From the NCBI GenBank assembly GCA_963759135.1, contig CAVWXU010000016.1, forward strand, positions 69,909-133,908: 64,000 nt of DNA, written 5' to 3'. This DNA is from an uncultured Chloroflexia bacterium. Lineage in GTDB: Bacteria; Chloroflexota; Limnocylindria; Limnocylindrales; CSP1-4. The notes under the pieces are model-generated. The model did not search any database and was not told the origin of the DNA. It was given only the letters and a program-made list of their open reading frames with translations. Positions 52,160-62,821 of this stretch are shown piece after piece (the first letter of the stretch is position 1; the number at the start of each line of letters is the position of its first letter). Made by a program: the position numbers and the translations under genes.

Positions 52160-52363
52160 CTCACGCTCCGTTTGATCAGGAAGGTCGACCGCGATGGAAA
52201 GGCAAGGTGGCCACGCGTGGGCGGTCGAGGGCGATCTCGACCCGGCGCGGCTCGCGAGCATGACCGCCGAGATCGAGTCGACCGCCTGCTGCAGGCGCTA
52301 GCCCGGGACGCGTGATCCCGATCTGGCGGGTCACCGTGACACTCTCGGCAGCAATGCCTCGAT

Positions 52364-52708
52364 TCACTCTTGCCTGACGATATCGACCGAGATCTCCACC
52401 GCCGGAATCGTTCCCCTGTTCTCGAGCCAGTGGGTCGTGTTCCGATCCTCGGGCCAGCCCACTCCCGGCCCATAGTCCGTAGCGACCCCGTTTCGATGGT
52501 CAGTGATCGTTCCCTGCAAGATGTAAACGGTGCCCGGTCTGCCTTTGTGGTCGTGAATCGGGCCGAAGACGCCTCCAGGCTCGATGGTCACCATACGCAT
52601 TCGAAGTTGGCGCCGTTCCATGCCCTCGATCTCAGGGCCAAGGTCAACCGTTGCAAGCAACTTCACCGTAACACCCTTCGTCTCAGGTGCCACCTGTTCG
52701 TTGCTCAT
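52364..52708 (-). CDS. Cupin-domain protein
   Basis: 114-aa ORF preceded by GAGGAGAG. The beta-barrel motif is GGVFGPIHDHKGRPGTVYILQGTI...HWLENRG. The local GC is visibly lower than in the flanks. Confidence 0.75.
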   Translation of the reverse strand: MSNEQVAPETKGVTVKLLATVDLGPEIEGMERRQLRMRMVTIEPGGVFGPIHDHKGRPGTVYILQGTITDHRNGVATDYGPGVGWPEDRNTTHWLENRGTIPAVEISVDIVRQE

Positions 52709-52862
52709 CGTGCTCTCCTCTCTGTACGTCCAGGTCTATCGAAGATTGGGCGGCCCTTCAGACGGGCCAGACGTAGTGACCGAGGCGATACGCGGCCATC
52801 CTGGATTCGCTCCCGCGTCGTCGAACACGCGCCGCGCAGCTTCAGTCGCGTAGCCGCGACCT

Positions 52863-52893
52863 CACGTCCAGAGCGTGTCGTAGCCGAGCCGGT
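52863..52893. repeat. 31-bp direct repeat, copy 2 (degenerate LLM 5' remnant)
   Basis: It has the same 31-mer as 52047..52077. On the minus strand it reads ...YRLGYDTLWT* with stops on both sides, so it is a dead fragment of an LLM N-terminus. Confidence 0.85.
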
Positions 52894-52998
52894 AGCAACC
52901 TGCCGCCGAATGTTGGGCCGACCATTACGTACGCCGCGCGACGGTCCCCTCGATTCCGAAAGAACCTCGGCTCGTTGTCCAGGACTTGGAGCGCCTGG

Positions 52999-54196
52999 TT
53001 ACCCCCCATGGAATGCCTCCCAGAACCCCACGCGCGCCCCGCGGCGCAGGGCCGCGTTGGCGTAGATGCGGCCGGCGACCCAGGTCAGGCCGACGATAGA
53101 TGCGAGCGTCAGCGCTACGGCCAGGCCGACCTGCCAGAACGGCACGTTGCTCGCCGCCATCCGCACCGCCATGAGGACGGGCGTGAACGGCGGAAGCAGC
53201 GAGCAGACCGTAGCCAGGGGGCCCTCGGATTCGGCAGCGCGACGAACACGAGCAGGTACCCCGCGACCAGGAGGATCGAGATCGGCGCGATGGCGCCCTG
53301 CACCTCCTCCTGGCGCGAGACGAGCGCAGCGACCGCGGCGTAGGCGGTGGCGTAGAAGAGGAAGCCGAGCAGGAACCAGAGGAGATCGCCCAGGATCGAG
53401 GCCACGCCGAGGGCCGGGATGGAGGCGACATTGGTCACGTGGACCGCGATGAGCGCCGCCGCGCCCACGATCGTGAGCTGCAGGAGGCCGACGAGGCCGA
53501 TCCCGATGACCTTGCCCGCCAGCAGGCCGCTCGGCCGGATCGTGGCGAGCAGGATCTCCATCATCCGCGTGGCCTTCTCCTCGACCACGCCCTGGGCCAC
53601 CAGGCTCCCGTAGATGCCGAGCGAGACGTAGAGCAGGATGCCGACGGCCAGGCCGGCAAGCGCGTTCTGACTCTGTTCAGGAGTGGCTGGCTGCAGGCGC
53701 TCCACCTGCGCCCTGGCCCCGGTCATCGCGGGGGCGATCACCGCCGGCGGGACGCCGGCGGCGGTGAGACGCGCTCCAGCACGGCCAGGTAGAGAGCGGT
53801 GTCGACCGCTGATGGGACCGCGTCCTTGACCACGGCCGTGGGCGCGGTCGCCGGCCCGGTCACGAGCACGTCGAGCGTGCCCGCGTCACCTGCGCTTTCC
53901 CGGCGGTGACATCGGCGATGTCGCTGACGTACCATGCTCGCCCCAAGGGCCGCGGCCGATGCCGTGAACGTCGGCTCGAGCGCCTGCGATCCGCCGCTGA
54001 AGCCCACCCGCACCGGCGTGGTCTTGCCGACGAGGAGGGACGCCGCGATGACGCCGACCACGACGAGGGCGACCATCCCGATGGTCCCGAGCGTGAAGAC
54101 GCGCGAGCGCAGGCGCATGAAGATCTCGCGCCGGGCAATGAGAAAGATGGTCGGCCGGCCCCCTGGCCGGCGGCTTCCCAGAGAGCGCGTGTTCAT
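52999..54196 (-). CDS. ABC-2-type exporter permease (NatB/YhaP-like), two frame disruptions
   Basis: Three consecutive frames carry one protein. The first is the N-terminal TM plus extracytoplasmic domain (ORF 53738..54196). The second is the TM core GLAVGILLYVSLGIYG...EEKATRMMEILLATIRP...(ORF 53115..53741). The third is the unlisted tail EGPLATVCSLLPPFTPVLMAVRMAASNVPFWQVGLAVALTLASIVGLTWVAGRIYANAALRRG, ending at the TAA at 52999. The shifts are near 53228 and 53745-53790. The span is 3n-2. Confidence 0.7.
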
Positions 54197-55105
54197 GCCC
54201 GTCCTTCGCCGATCACGTCGCGGAAGAGTTCACCGAGGCTCGGCTCGGCTCGTTCGAACGCACGGACTGGCCCGGTAGCCAGCGCCGCGCGGAGCATCGC
54301 CTGATCGTCGACGCCCGGATCGAGCTCGAACAGGAGCCTGGAGCCGTCGGTCTGCACGAGCCGGGCGCCCGGCACGCCGACCTCCCAGCCGGCCGGCGCC
54401 GCCGGGACGTCGATCCACAGGCGCTCACGCCCCCCGGCCCGCAGTTCCGCGACCGTGCCGCACGCCACCATGCGGCCGTGGTCGATGATCCCGACCCTGT
54501 CGCAGAGCCGCTCGACGAGTTCGAGCTCGTGGCTGGAGAAGATGACCGGTAGGCCCGCGCTGGCCTGCTCGCGGAGCACGGCGCTCATCACGTCGACGGC
54601 CAGGGGATCGAGCCCGGTGAACGGCTCGTCGAGGACGAGCACATCGGGCGCGAAGACCAGCGCGGCGGCCAGCTGGACGCGCTGCTGGTTGCCCTGGCTG
54701 AGCGCCTGGAGCTCGTCGTCGCGGCGCTCGCCGAGGCCGAACCGATCCAGCCAGCGCCTGGCTGCGTCCCGCGCGTCCGCGTCCGACATGCCGTGCAGCT
54801 CGCCGAGGTAGGTGAGCTGCTCGGCCACGCGCATCCTGGGGTACAGGCCGCGCTCCTCGGGCATGTACCCGATACCGCCGGCGGGTGGCAAAGGTCAGGG
54901 GGGCGCCGTCCCAGCGCACCACTCCGGTGTCGGCGGTGAGCACCCCGAGCACGATGCGCATGGTGGTCGTCTTGCCGGCGCCGTTGCGCCCGACGAACCC
55001 GAACAGCTCGCCGGCGCGGATCTCGAAGGTGAGGTCCTGCACGGCAACCGTGTCGCCGTACCGCTTCGAGATCCGGTCGATCTCCAGTTTCCGGTCAGCG
55101 ATCAT
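54193..55105 (-). CDS. ABC transporter ATP-binding protein (NatA-like), frameshifted
   Basis: The ATG at 55105 follows GGGGAGGAG. The N-terminus MIADRKLEIDRISKRYG..GFVGRNGAGKTTT..RWDGAPLTFATRRR is in one frame. IGYMPEERGLYP...LSQGNQQRVQLAAAL..LVLDEPFTGLDP is in the next, switching near 54875. The span is 3n+1. Confidence 0.8.
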
Positions 55106-55145
55106 CGCTCCTCCCCGATGAGGTGGGTCGGTTCGCAACCCTCGC

Positions 55146-56385
55146 CTACCGCAGCACCCCGAATGTCCCGAGGACGCTCCACAGGCCCATCGCGAGCAGG
55201 CCGGCAGTGACGGCCCAGCAGAGCGCCGACCGCAGCGGGCCGTTGGCGAGATCCCCCAGGATCGTGCGATCGCCCGCCATGCGGACGAGGAAGGCGAGCG
55301 GGATGGCGAGGACGACGACGTTCAGGATCATCGCGTCGATGACGACCGTCACGAGGTTCTGCGCCCACAGGGCGATGAGCGCCGCGGGCACGATCTCGAG
55401 GAGGTAGAAGGCGTAGAAGCCCGGGGCGCGGCGCGGCGAGAGGTTCAGGCTGTGGGGCCAGTGGAAGAGCTCGGACCAGGCCCAGGCCGACGATAGGGAG
55501 ATCACGACGGCCGCCAGCAGGCCAGCCCCGACCATGCCGACCGCGATGAGGACCCCGGGGGCCCCGGTCGCCAGGCGGGCCAGTCCGACCGGCAGCGCGC
55601 CAACGTTCGCCCCGAGCCCGGCGGCCGGACCCGTCATGGCCGCCGCCGCGGCGACGACCACGGCCGCCATGAGGACCTCGCTCGCGATCGCGCCCACGAG
55701 TGTCTCGGTACGGGCGGCGCGCAGGTCGTCGACGCGCAGCCCTTTGTCGACCGTGGCGGCCTGCTGGTAGAAGATCATCCAGGGCATGATCACCGCCCCC
55801 ACCGTGGCCACCACGAGGTCGAGGTACGGGCGGCTCCCGAGGGGCTGCGCGAAGGACAGGCCGCCGAGGACGGCCCCGGGATCCGGGTGCACGGTGAGGG
55901 CGAGCACGACAAAGGTGAAGAGCGCGACCGAGAGCAGTACGGCGAGCCGCTCGTAGCGACGGTAGCTGCCGGTGAGGACCATGAGCGAGTGGAAGAGGAG
56001 CGTGAGGCCCACCGCCAGCCAGGCCGGCAGCCCCAGGATCGCCGCCCCGAGCACGATGCCCGCGAACTCCGCCACGTAGGCGAGCAGGTTGATGGCGGCC
56101 ATCGAGACGACGGCCACCCCCGCCCAGGCGACGCCGTAGCGCTCGCGGAGGAGCTCGGCGTGGCCGCGGCCCGGTGACCACGCCGAGGCGCGCGGTCATC
56201 TCCTGGACGAGGTAGAGGATCGGGATCAGCAGGACGACCGGCAGCAGGAGCGCGTAGCCGAACTGCGTGCCGGCCTGGGCGGCCGTCAGGACGCTCGGCG
56301 CGTCGACGTCGGCCAGCATCACGATCCAGGCCGGGCCGAGCACGCGCAGCCAGCCCTGCCGGCCCAGGCGACGCACCCCGACCAT
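55146..56385 (-). CDS. mntH: NRAMP-family divalent metal (Mn/Fe) transporter, frameshifted
   Basis: The N-terminus LGPAWIVMLADVDAPSVLTAAQAGTQFGYALLLPVVLLIPILYLVQEMTARLGVVTG is in one frame. RGHAELLRERYGVAWAGVAVVSMAAINLLAYVAEFAGI... continues in the next, switching at the GGG run near 56171. The span is 3n+1. Confidence 0.8.
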
Positions 56386-56532
56386 GCCCCACCGGACGGC
56401 CGAGCGTGCGGCCGTGGCGCCGGTCACAACTCCGCCCCGCTTGGCCGCGTCATGTCCGGTTCCCGGAGATCATGGACGCCCCTTCCCTGGGCCAATTCTG
56501 ATTCAGCGGATAGGATTTTAGCCCAGGCGCAG

Positions 56533-56562
56533 CCGCAACAGGGGCGTGCGACACGGTTGCGG
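56533..56562 (-). terminator. Possible intrinsic-terminator-like hairpin after the deacetylase gene (no U-tract)
   Basis: CCGCAAC-N16-GTTGCGG lies 17 nt downstream of the stop at 56579 on the minus strand. It is followed by a TAAAAT hexamer (56515..56520, minus) that could serve the NRAMP gene. Confidence 0.2.
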
Positions 56563-56578
56563 TCGAGCGAGGCCGCAG

Positions 56579-57556
56579 CTACGCCCAGCGCTCGAGCGTC
56601 GCGACGACCGTGGTCGGACTCATGCTCGGGCTCACTCGCACCCGGGGCGCGCTGAAGCGACCGGCCCAGGTCTGCACGGCACCCTCCTCGGTCGTCACCG
56701 CGAGCCCGAACCCGGCCTCCTGCACGGCTTCCTCGACTGCGGGGTCGAAGGCGCCGGCCGGATACGAGAAGGTGACCGGGGCGTGGCCGAGGACGTCCGC
56801 GATCCGCGCCGAAGCGGCCCCGATCTCGTAGGCCTGGCGGGTGCCGCTCAATGCCGGCAGCGCGATGTGGTCGAACGTGTGGTCGCCGACCTCCATGCCG
56901 GCCGCCACGAGTGCGCGCAGGTGTGCCGCCGAGAGGAAGGACCCGGCCCCGATGCGGCGCCCGATCACGTAGTAGGTCGCGCTGAATCCGGCCTGCTGCA
57001 GGGCCGGCAGCGCATGGACATAGCCGTCGTCCCAGCCGTCGTCGATGGAGATGGCCAGCGTGCGGGGCGGCAGCGGCCGACCGAATTGCAGCGCGTGGGC
57101 GAGCTGCGCCACGGTGACGCCACGCCAGCCCGCGGCGCGCAGTGCCCCGAGCTGCGCAGCGAACAGGGTCGGATCGACGACCAGCCCAGGCAGCGAATCC
57201 CCGGCCTCCTCGGGCGGCACGATCCGGTGGTACATGAGCACCGGCACGATCAGCGCGAAGCCGTCCGGCGGCACGTGCCCGGGAACCGGCGTGGGCCACG
57301 GAGCTGCCTGCCCGGGTGCCCCCGCAGGGTGGGCGCCCGGGACCGCGCTGCTGCCCGGGCCCACCCCGGCGACCGGTCCGGCGGTGGCCGGCGCGTCCGA
57401 CGCGGCGCCCTTCGGAGCGGGGGAGGGGGAGGCGAGGCGGCGCGCCTGGCGGGCGAGGACCTCGAGCCCGGCGCCCGCGCCCGTCGCGGCGGCGAGCGCC
57501 CAGAACCCGCTCACCAGGAAGGCCCGCCGCGACACCGCTCCCACGCCGCCCAGCAT
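56579..57556 (-). CDS. Secreted polysaccharide deacetylase (NodB homology domain) with Tat-type signal
   Basis: 325-aa ORF. The N-terminus SRRAFLVSGFWALAAATGAGAG is a twin-arginine-like signal. Motifs: LMYHRI, ISIDDGWDDGY, GDHTFDH. Confidence 0.8.
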   Translation of the reverse strand: MLGGVGAVSRRAFLVSGFWALAAATGAGAGLEVLARQARRLASPSPAPKGAASDAPATAGPVAGVGPGSSAVPGAHPAGAPGQAAPWPTPVPGHVPPDGFALIVPVLMYHRIVPPEEAGDSLPGLVVDPTLFAAQLGALRAAGWRGVTVAQLAHALQFGRPLPPRTLAISIDDGWDDGYVHALPALQQAGFSATYYVIGRRIGAGSFLSAAHLRALVAAGMEVGDHTFDHIALPALSGTRQAYEIGAASARIADVLGHAPVTFSYPAGAFDPAVEEAVQEAGFGLAVTTEEGAVQTWAGRFSAPRVRVSPSMSPTTVVATLERWA

Positions 57557-57632
57557 AGCGGCACCCGGCAGACGGGTCGGATGCGGCTCCGCCGCGACCC
57601 CGGGAGGGTCCGCCGGCCGACCCGGCGCCAGG

Positions 57633-58563
57633 TCAGCGGCCCACCTCGAGCAGCGCGGCGCCGAGCTCCGCGTAGCCGTCCAGCGCGGGATCAGACGACT
57701 GGTCGGTTCGCAGCTGGACGCACACCTGGTCGGCGCCGGCCGCGAGATGGGCCCGCACCCGATCGGCGATCGCGTCGACGCCGCCCCAGGCGATGACCGC
57801 GTCGATCAGCCGGTCGCTGCCGCCGTTTGCCAGATCCGCATCGTCCCAGCCGAGGCGCCGGAGGTTGTTCGCGTAGTTGGGCAGCGCAAGGTAGTTCTTC
57901 GCGAAGGCCCGCCCGACGCGGCGCCCCTCGGACGGCTCGGTGGCGAGCACGGCGGTCTGCTCGACGACGAGGCACGGCTCGGGGCCGAGGCGCTGCCGCG
58001 CGAACAGGGTGTGCTCGACCGGGACGAAGTACGGATGCGCACCGTCGGCACGCTCGGCGGCCAGCTCGAGCATGCGAGGGCCGAGGGCGGCCAGGACGAG
58101 TGGGACGGGCGGGTCGGGCTCCGGCGCGCCGTACGCCGCCGCGGCCATCGCATCGAGATACGCGCGCATCGACTCGACCGGGCGGCCGTAGGTCCCACCG
58201 CGACTGGCGACGGAGGGTGCGTGGCTGACCCCGAGGCCGAGGATGAAGCGGCCGGGGTACGCCTCCCCGAGCGTCGCGAGCCCCGTTGGCCATCGCCATC
58301 GGGTCGCGAGCGTGGATGCTGGCGATGCCCGACGCGACGGCCAGGCGGGTGGTGGCGGCGAGCAGGATCCCCGCGTGGCTGAGGATCTCCTTGTTGCCGA
58401 CGGTTTCCGGGATCCACGCGACCGGATACCCCAGCGATTCGATCTGCCGGGCCGCCCTTCCCGCGTCGGCCGCCGAGAGGCGCTGCAGCGCCCAGCTCCA
58501 CACGCCGATCGGCCCGAGCGTGCGCGCCAGGCGGCGCCCTCCGAACCGCTGCTTCTCGCTCAT
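57633..58563 (-). CDS. LLM-class F420-dependent oxidoreductase, frameshifted
   Basis: The N-terminus MSEKQRFGGRRLARTLGPIGVWSW...IESLGYPVAWIPETVGNKE...IASIHARDPMAMANG is in one frame. LATLGEAYPGRFILGLGVSHAPSVA...MRAYLDAM... is in the next. The switch is at a GGGG run near 58282. The span is 3n+1. Confidence 0.75.
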
Positions 58564-58753
58564 CGACTTCTCGAGCCTCCCGCGCATGGATGCGCCGTGT
58601 CCCGGTCCGGCCGGCTCCCGGAAGCGTAGTCGAGCGGCGGCGCCGACTCCACCAGGGCGCCGGACGCGTGAACGGCCCGGGCGCCGGATGCGCAACGGCC
58701 CGGGCGCCGGATGTAGGCTGGTCGACGCAACGTCGGGAGTACGGGGGAGTGCC

Positions 58754-59647
58754 ATGCAGGTCGGCGTGATCGTGCCGCAGGGCTGGACCGGCGAATACGA
58801 CGGATGGGACCCGGCCCGGGCGTGGACGCGGACGGTGGCGGTGGCGCAGCAGGCGGAGCGGCTCGGGTTCGAGTCGATATGGCTGTTCGACCATCTGCAC
58901 ACCGTGCCCGACCCCACGGACGAGATCACCTTCGAGTCGTTCACCTCGCTCTCGGCCCTCGCCGCGCTGACATCCCGCGTGCGCCTCGGCCACATCGTGA
59001 TCTGCAACGGGTTCCGCAACCCGGCGCTCGTGGCGAAGATGGCGGCCACGATGGACGTCCTCAGCGGCGGACGGATGGACCTCGGGATCGGCGCCGGCTG
59101 GAAGCGCGACGAATGGATGGCCTACGGCTACGGGTTCCCCGAGACCGCCGAACGGCTGGCCGCCCTCGCCGACGCGCTCGAGGTGATCACCCGGATGCTC
59201 GCCCCCGGGCGGTCGGTGCACGCCACGTACGACGGCCGGCACGCGCGCGTCGAGGACGCCATCAACGTCCCCAAGCCGCTGCAGCAGCCGCGCATCCCGA
59301 TCATGGTCGGGGGGAACGGCCCGAACGTGACCTGGCGGCTGGCGGCCCGGTTCGCCGACGAGCTGAACGTCGACGGCATGACCCCGGGCGAGCTCAGCGA
59401 CGCCATGCCGACCATTCGCGCCCGCTGCGAGGAGATCGGACGTGATCCGGGAACGCTCAAGGTGTCGGCCCACATCTGGTGGGAGCGGCTCGGGCGCCCG
59501 GGACGGCGGCGACGGGACCTGGTCGCGGGGTACCGCGACCTCGGCGTGAGCCGCATCATGACGCTCGTCCGCGACGCCGCGGACTCGGACGAGGCGCTCG
59601 AGGCGTTCGCCGAGGACTGCCGGGCGGCCGGGGCCACGCTGGCGTAG
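58754..59647 (+). CDS. LLM-class F420-dependent oxidoreductase
   Basis: The ATG at 58754 follows GGGGAG. The 297-aa product has FESIWLFDHL, LVAKMAATMDVLSGGRMDLGIGAGW and IMVGGNGPN. The upstream part of the track ORF is junk. Confidence 0.8.
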   Translation: MQVGVIVPQGWTGEYDGWDPARAWTRTVAVAQQAERLGFESIWLFDHLHTVPDPTDEITFESFTSLSALAALTSRVRLGHIVICNGFRNPALVAKMAATMDVLSGGRMDLGIGAGWKRDEWMAYGYGFPETAERLAALADALEVITRMLAPGRSVHATYDGRHARVEDAINVPKPLQQPRIPIMVGGNGPNVTWRLAARFADELNVDGMTPGELSDAMPTIRARCEEIGRDPGTLKVSAHIWWERLGRPGRRRRDLVAGYRDLGVSRIMTLVRDAADSDEALEAFAEDCRAAGATLA

Positions 59648-59656
59648 CGGCCGACG

Positions 59657-62227
59657 CTACCGGACGACGACGTTGACGAGCCGGCCCGCGACCTGGATGA
59701 CCCGATCCGGCCTGCGGTCCCCCAGGATCGCGCGGATCTTCTCGCGCTCCAGCACGATCCTCTCGATCTCGGCAGGCGACAGGCCGGGCGGCACCTGGAT
59801 GCGGTCGCGCAGCTTGCCGTTCACCTGGACCGGCAGCTCCACCAGCTCCTCGGCCACGAGGTCCTCGTCCCAGGCCGGCCACGGCTCCACGTGGATGGAG
59901 TGCCACGGCTCGCCCCGCGACTCCAGCAGGCGCGCCCAGAGCTCCTCCGAGATGTGTGGCGCGGACGGCGCGAGCATGTGCAGGAGCAGGTCCACCGCCC
60001 GGTTCCACGCCGGCCCGCCGGCCGCCTCCGTCCCGCGGTAGCGCATCAGCACGTTGGTCAGCTCCATCAGGTGCGCCACCATCGTGTTGAAGCGGTAGCC
60101 CTCGAACTCCCCGGTCACCACCTTCAGCGTGCGATGCGCCGCCACGAGCAGGGCGCGCTCGGCGTCCGCGGCCGACTCCCCGGGAGGCAGGCGTCCCGCG
60201 TCGGGGTCGCCCGCCTCCGTCCCCGACGGGTCGAGGACCACGGTCCACACGCGGTTCAGGAACCGGCTGACGCCCCCGATCCCGGTGGAGCTCCACGGCC
60301 CGCCCTGGTCCCACGGGCCCATGAACATGAGGAACAGGCGAACCGTGTCGGCGCCGTTGCGCTGCACCAGCTCGTCGGGGTCCTGGACGTTGCCGCGGCT
60401 CTTGCTCATCCGCTCGCCGTCGGCGCCGAGGATCTGGCCCTGGTTGAACAGGCGCCGGAACGGCTCGCGCTCGTGCACGAGCCCGAGGTCTGCCAGCGCC
60501 TTGGCGAAGAAGCGGCTGTAGAGCAGGTGCATGACCGCGTGCTCGGCGCCGCCCGTGTACTGGTCGACCGGGCACCACACGGCCTCCGCGTCGCGGTCGA
60601 TCGGGCCGTCCGCGTTGTGCGGCGACAGGTAGCGCCACCAGTACCACGAGCTGTCCACGAACGTGTCCATCGTGTCCGTCTCGCGCGTGGCGGGGTCGCC
60701 GCAGCGCGGGCAGGTCGTGCGCAGGAACGCCTCGTTCGCCTTCAGTGGGCTCTCGCCCGTGATCTTGAAGTCGATGTCGCGGGGGAGCGTGACCGGCAGC
60801 TGGTCCTCCGGCACGCCGACGATCCCGTCGCGCTCGCAGTAGACCACCGGGATGGGCGTGCCCCAGTAGCGCTGCCGGCTGATCAGCCAGTCGCGGACCC
60901 GGTACGTCACCGCCGGCTCGCCCAGGTCGCGCGCCTGCAGATCGGCGACGATCGCGGCGAACCCGTCCTTCGCCGAATGGCCGGAGTGCGGCCCGCTGTT
61001 GACCATCACCTCGTCCGCGGAGTGCGCGACGAACGCCGCGCCCCCCGCGCCGCCGGCGGCGACCAGCTCGGCCACCCGGGCGGCCTCCGTCGGGTCGGCC
61101 GGTGCGATCACCTGGCGGATCGGCAGCCCGAACTTCACGGCGAACGCGTAGTCGCGCTCGTCGTGCGCCGGGACGGCCATGATCGCGCCCGTCCCGTACC
61201 CCAGCAGCACGTAGTCGGCGATCCAGATCGGGATGCGCTCGCCGTTCACCGGGTTGATGGCGTCCGCGCCCAGCGGCACGCCGGTCTTCTCGCGGTCCGT
61301 GGAGAGCCGGTCGATCTCGGACTTCCGCCGCGCCTCGTACTGGTAGCGCTCGACGGTCTCGCGCTGCCCCGGATGCGTCAGGCGCGGGACCAGCGGGTGC
61401 TCCGGGGCGAGCACCATGAACGTGGCCCCGAACAGCGTGTCGGGCCGCGTGGTGAACACGCGCAGCTCGTCGCCGCCCGGCTGGTGCTCGTCGGCCGCGA
61501 CGGTGAACGCCACCTCGGCGCCCTCGGACCGACCGATCCAGTTCGTCTGCATGACGCGCACGGGCTCGGGCCAGTCGATGCCGTCGAAGCGCAGCAGCTC
61601 GTCGGCGTACTTCGTGATGCGGAAGAACCACTGCTCCAGGTCGCGCTTGACGACGGGGGTCCCGCAGCGCCAGCAGTGGCGATCCGCCCCTTCGACCTGC
61701 TCGCGCGCGAGGACGACCTGGTCCCTGGGGCACCAGTCCACGGGCGCCATGGCGCGGTAGGCCAGCCCGGCGTCCAGGAGCTTCAGGAAGATCCACTGGT
61801 TCCAGCGGTAGTACTCGGGATCGCACGTGACGACCTCCGCGTCCCAGTCGAACGTGGCGCCCATCGTGCGCAGCTGGCGGCGCATGTTCTCGATGTTGCG
61901 CATGGTCCAGTCGGCGGGATGGATGCCGTGCTGGATCGCGGCGTTCTCCGCGGGGAGGCCGAACGCGTCGAAGCCGATCGGGAAGAAGACGTTGAGCCCG
62001 TTCATGCGGCGGTACCGGGCGATCGCGTCGGTGGGCGTCTTGATGTACCAGTGCCCGATGTGCAGGTCGCCCGACGGGTACGGGTACATCGTCAGCAGGT
62101 AGTAGTGCGGTCGCGATCGGTCGCCCAGGTCGGTCCGGTACAGCCCGAGCTCGGCCCAACGCGCCTGCCAGCGCGGCTCGATGGCCGCAGGGTCGTAGCG
62201 GTCGATGCGGGTCCGGTCGGTCACCAT
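59657..62227 (-). CDS. leuS: Leucine--tRNA ligase
   Basis: From [12 protein letters not shown] at 62227 the product is 856 aa. Motifs: [12 protein letters not shown] (HIGH), the CP1 editing domain, and RMSKSRGN (KMSKS). The track ORF continues spuriously to 63997. Confidence 0.97.
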   Translation of the reverse strand: MVTDRTRIDRYDPAAIEPRWQARWAELGLYRTDLGDRSRPHYYLLTMYPYPSGDLHIGHWYIKTPTDAIARYRRMNGLNVFFPIGFDAFGLPAENAAIQHGIHPADWTMRNIENMRRQLRTMGATFDWDAEVVTCDPEYYRWNQWIFLKLLDAGLAYRAMAPVDWCPRDQVVLAREQVEGADRHCWRCGTPVVKRDLEQWFFRITKYADELLRFDGIDWPEPVRVMQTNWIGRSEGAEVAFTVAADEHQPGGDELRVFTTRPDTLFGATFMVLAPEHPLVPRLTHPGQRETVERYQYEARRKSEIDRLSTDREKTGVPLGADAINPVNGERIPIWIADYVLLGYGTGAIMAVPAHDERDYAFAVKFGLPIRQVIAPADPTEAARVAELVAAGGAGGAAFVAHSADEVMVNSGPHSGHSAKDGFAAIVADLQARDLGEPAVTYRVRDWLISRQRYWGTPIPVVYCERDGIVGVPEDQLPVTLPRDIDFKITGESPLKANEAFLRTTCPRCGDPATRETDTMDTFVDSSWYWWRYLSPHNADGPIDRDAEAVWCPVDQYTGGAEHAVMHLLYSRFFAKALADLGLVHEREPFRRLFNQGQILGADGERMSKSRGNVQDPDELVQRNGADTVRLFLMFMGPWDQGGPWSSTGIGGVSRFLNRVWTVVLDPSGTEAGDPDAGRLPPGESAADAERALLVAAHRTLKVVTGEFEGYRFNTMVAHLMELTNVLMRYRGTEAAGGPAWNRAVDLLLHMLAPSAPHISEELWARLLESRGEPWHSIHVEPWPAWDEDLVAEELVELPVQVNGKLRDRIQVPPGLSPAEIERIVLEREKIRAILGDRRPDRVIQVAGRLVNVVVR

Positions 62228-62403
62228 CGCGATCCCAGCTTCCCTGTCCTCGTGCAACCCCGGGACGCGTCGCGGCCGGCGGCGCTCCCGGCGCAGACGC
62301 CTGGCCCCGGCGCAGCGCCTGGCGCCGCGACCGTCGCGCACCGTTCCTAGTGCGAACCCCCCGCCACTCCGGCGAGGGGTCCGTGGTCCGCGCTCGATGA
62401 GAG

Positions 62404-62479
62404 TGGTGGAGCTACAGGGACTCGAACCCTGGACCTCCTGCATGCCATGCAGGCGCTCTTCCAGCTGAGCTATAGCCCC
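62404..62479 (-). tRNA. tRNA-Ala (anticodon GGC), CCA encoded
   Basis: The reverse complement is GGGGCTATAGCTCAGCTGGAAGAGCGCCTGCATGGCATGCAGGAGGTCCAGGGTTCGAGTCCCTGTAGCTCCACCA. It folds as a cloverleaf with the G3:U70 alanine identity pair, anticodon loop AU-GGC-AU and a GGTTCGAGTCC T-arm. Confidence 0.95.
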
Positions 62480-62821
62480 ACGCGTGCGCTCCGGCGCGCG
62501 ATGCATGGTACCGCAAGTGGCGAGCCCGATCGCCCCGACCGGCATGGTCTCCGCGTCGGACGGGCGGTTCCAAGGGTCTCCTCGTAAGTCTGACTTTGTC
62601 GATTCGCCAGGTTGATGCTTCAGGGCCCGTCTACGGTCCGCTGATGACGCCCGGAGGCGAGCGACCGATGTACAGACTGACGCGCCTGACGCCGAACGAA
62701 GCCCCCGACGCCCTGGGGACAACGCCGGTGCTGATCTGAGGGCGGAGAAGCACCTGGCTCGTGCCACACTGGCAGAGTTGGCCGTGGGTGTCGGACGCCC
62801 TCGGCCTCGGGCGGAGGTCGG

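Noticed and set aside
53860-53945. Additional compensated double frameshift in the permease N-terminal domain
   Set aside because: The alternative frame (YVSDIADVTAGKAQV) looks slightly more protein-like. However, the annotated frame is intact and this extracytoplasmic domain is too poorly conserved for me to judge by eye.
56386-56578. Mn riboswitch (yybP-ykoY) or DtxR/IdeR/MntR box upstream of the NRAMP gene
   Set aside because: No GGGGAGTAG-type riboswitch core and no 19-bp TTAGGTTAGCCTAACCTAA-like palindrome is present. There is only a 4-1-4 mini-palindrome (CTGATTCAG) and a TAAAAT hexamer.
62228-62403. T-box riboswitch in the leuS leader
   Set aside because: The spacer is only 176 nt. 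I find no T-box consensus (..GGGTGGTACCGCG-like), no specifier-loop architecture and no terminator/antiterminator pair.
62228-62821. Integrated element at tRNA-Ala
   Set aside because: There is no integrase, no phage or transposon genes, and no second copy of the tRNA 3' end that I could find in the window. The tRNA 3' end faces leuS, a core gene.
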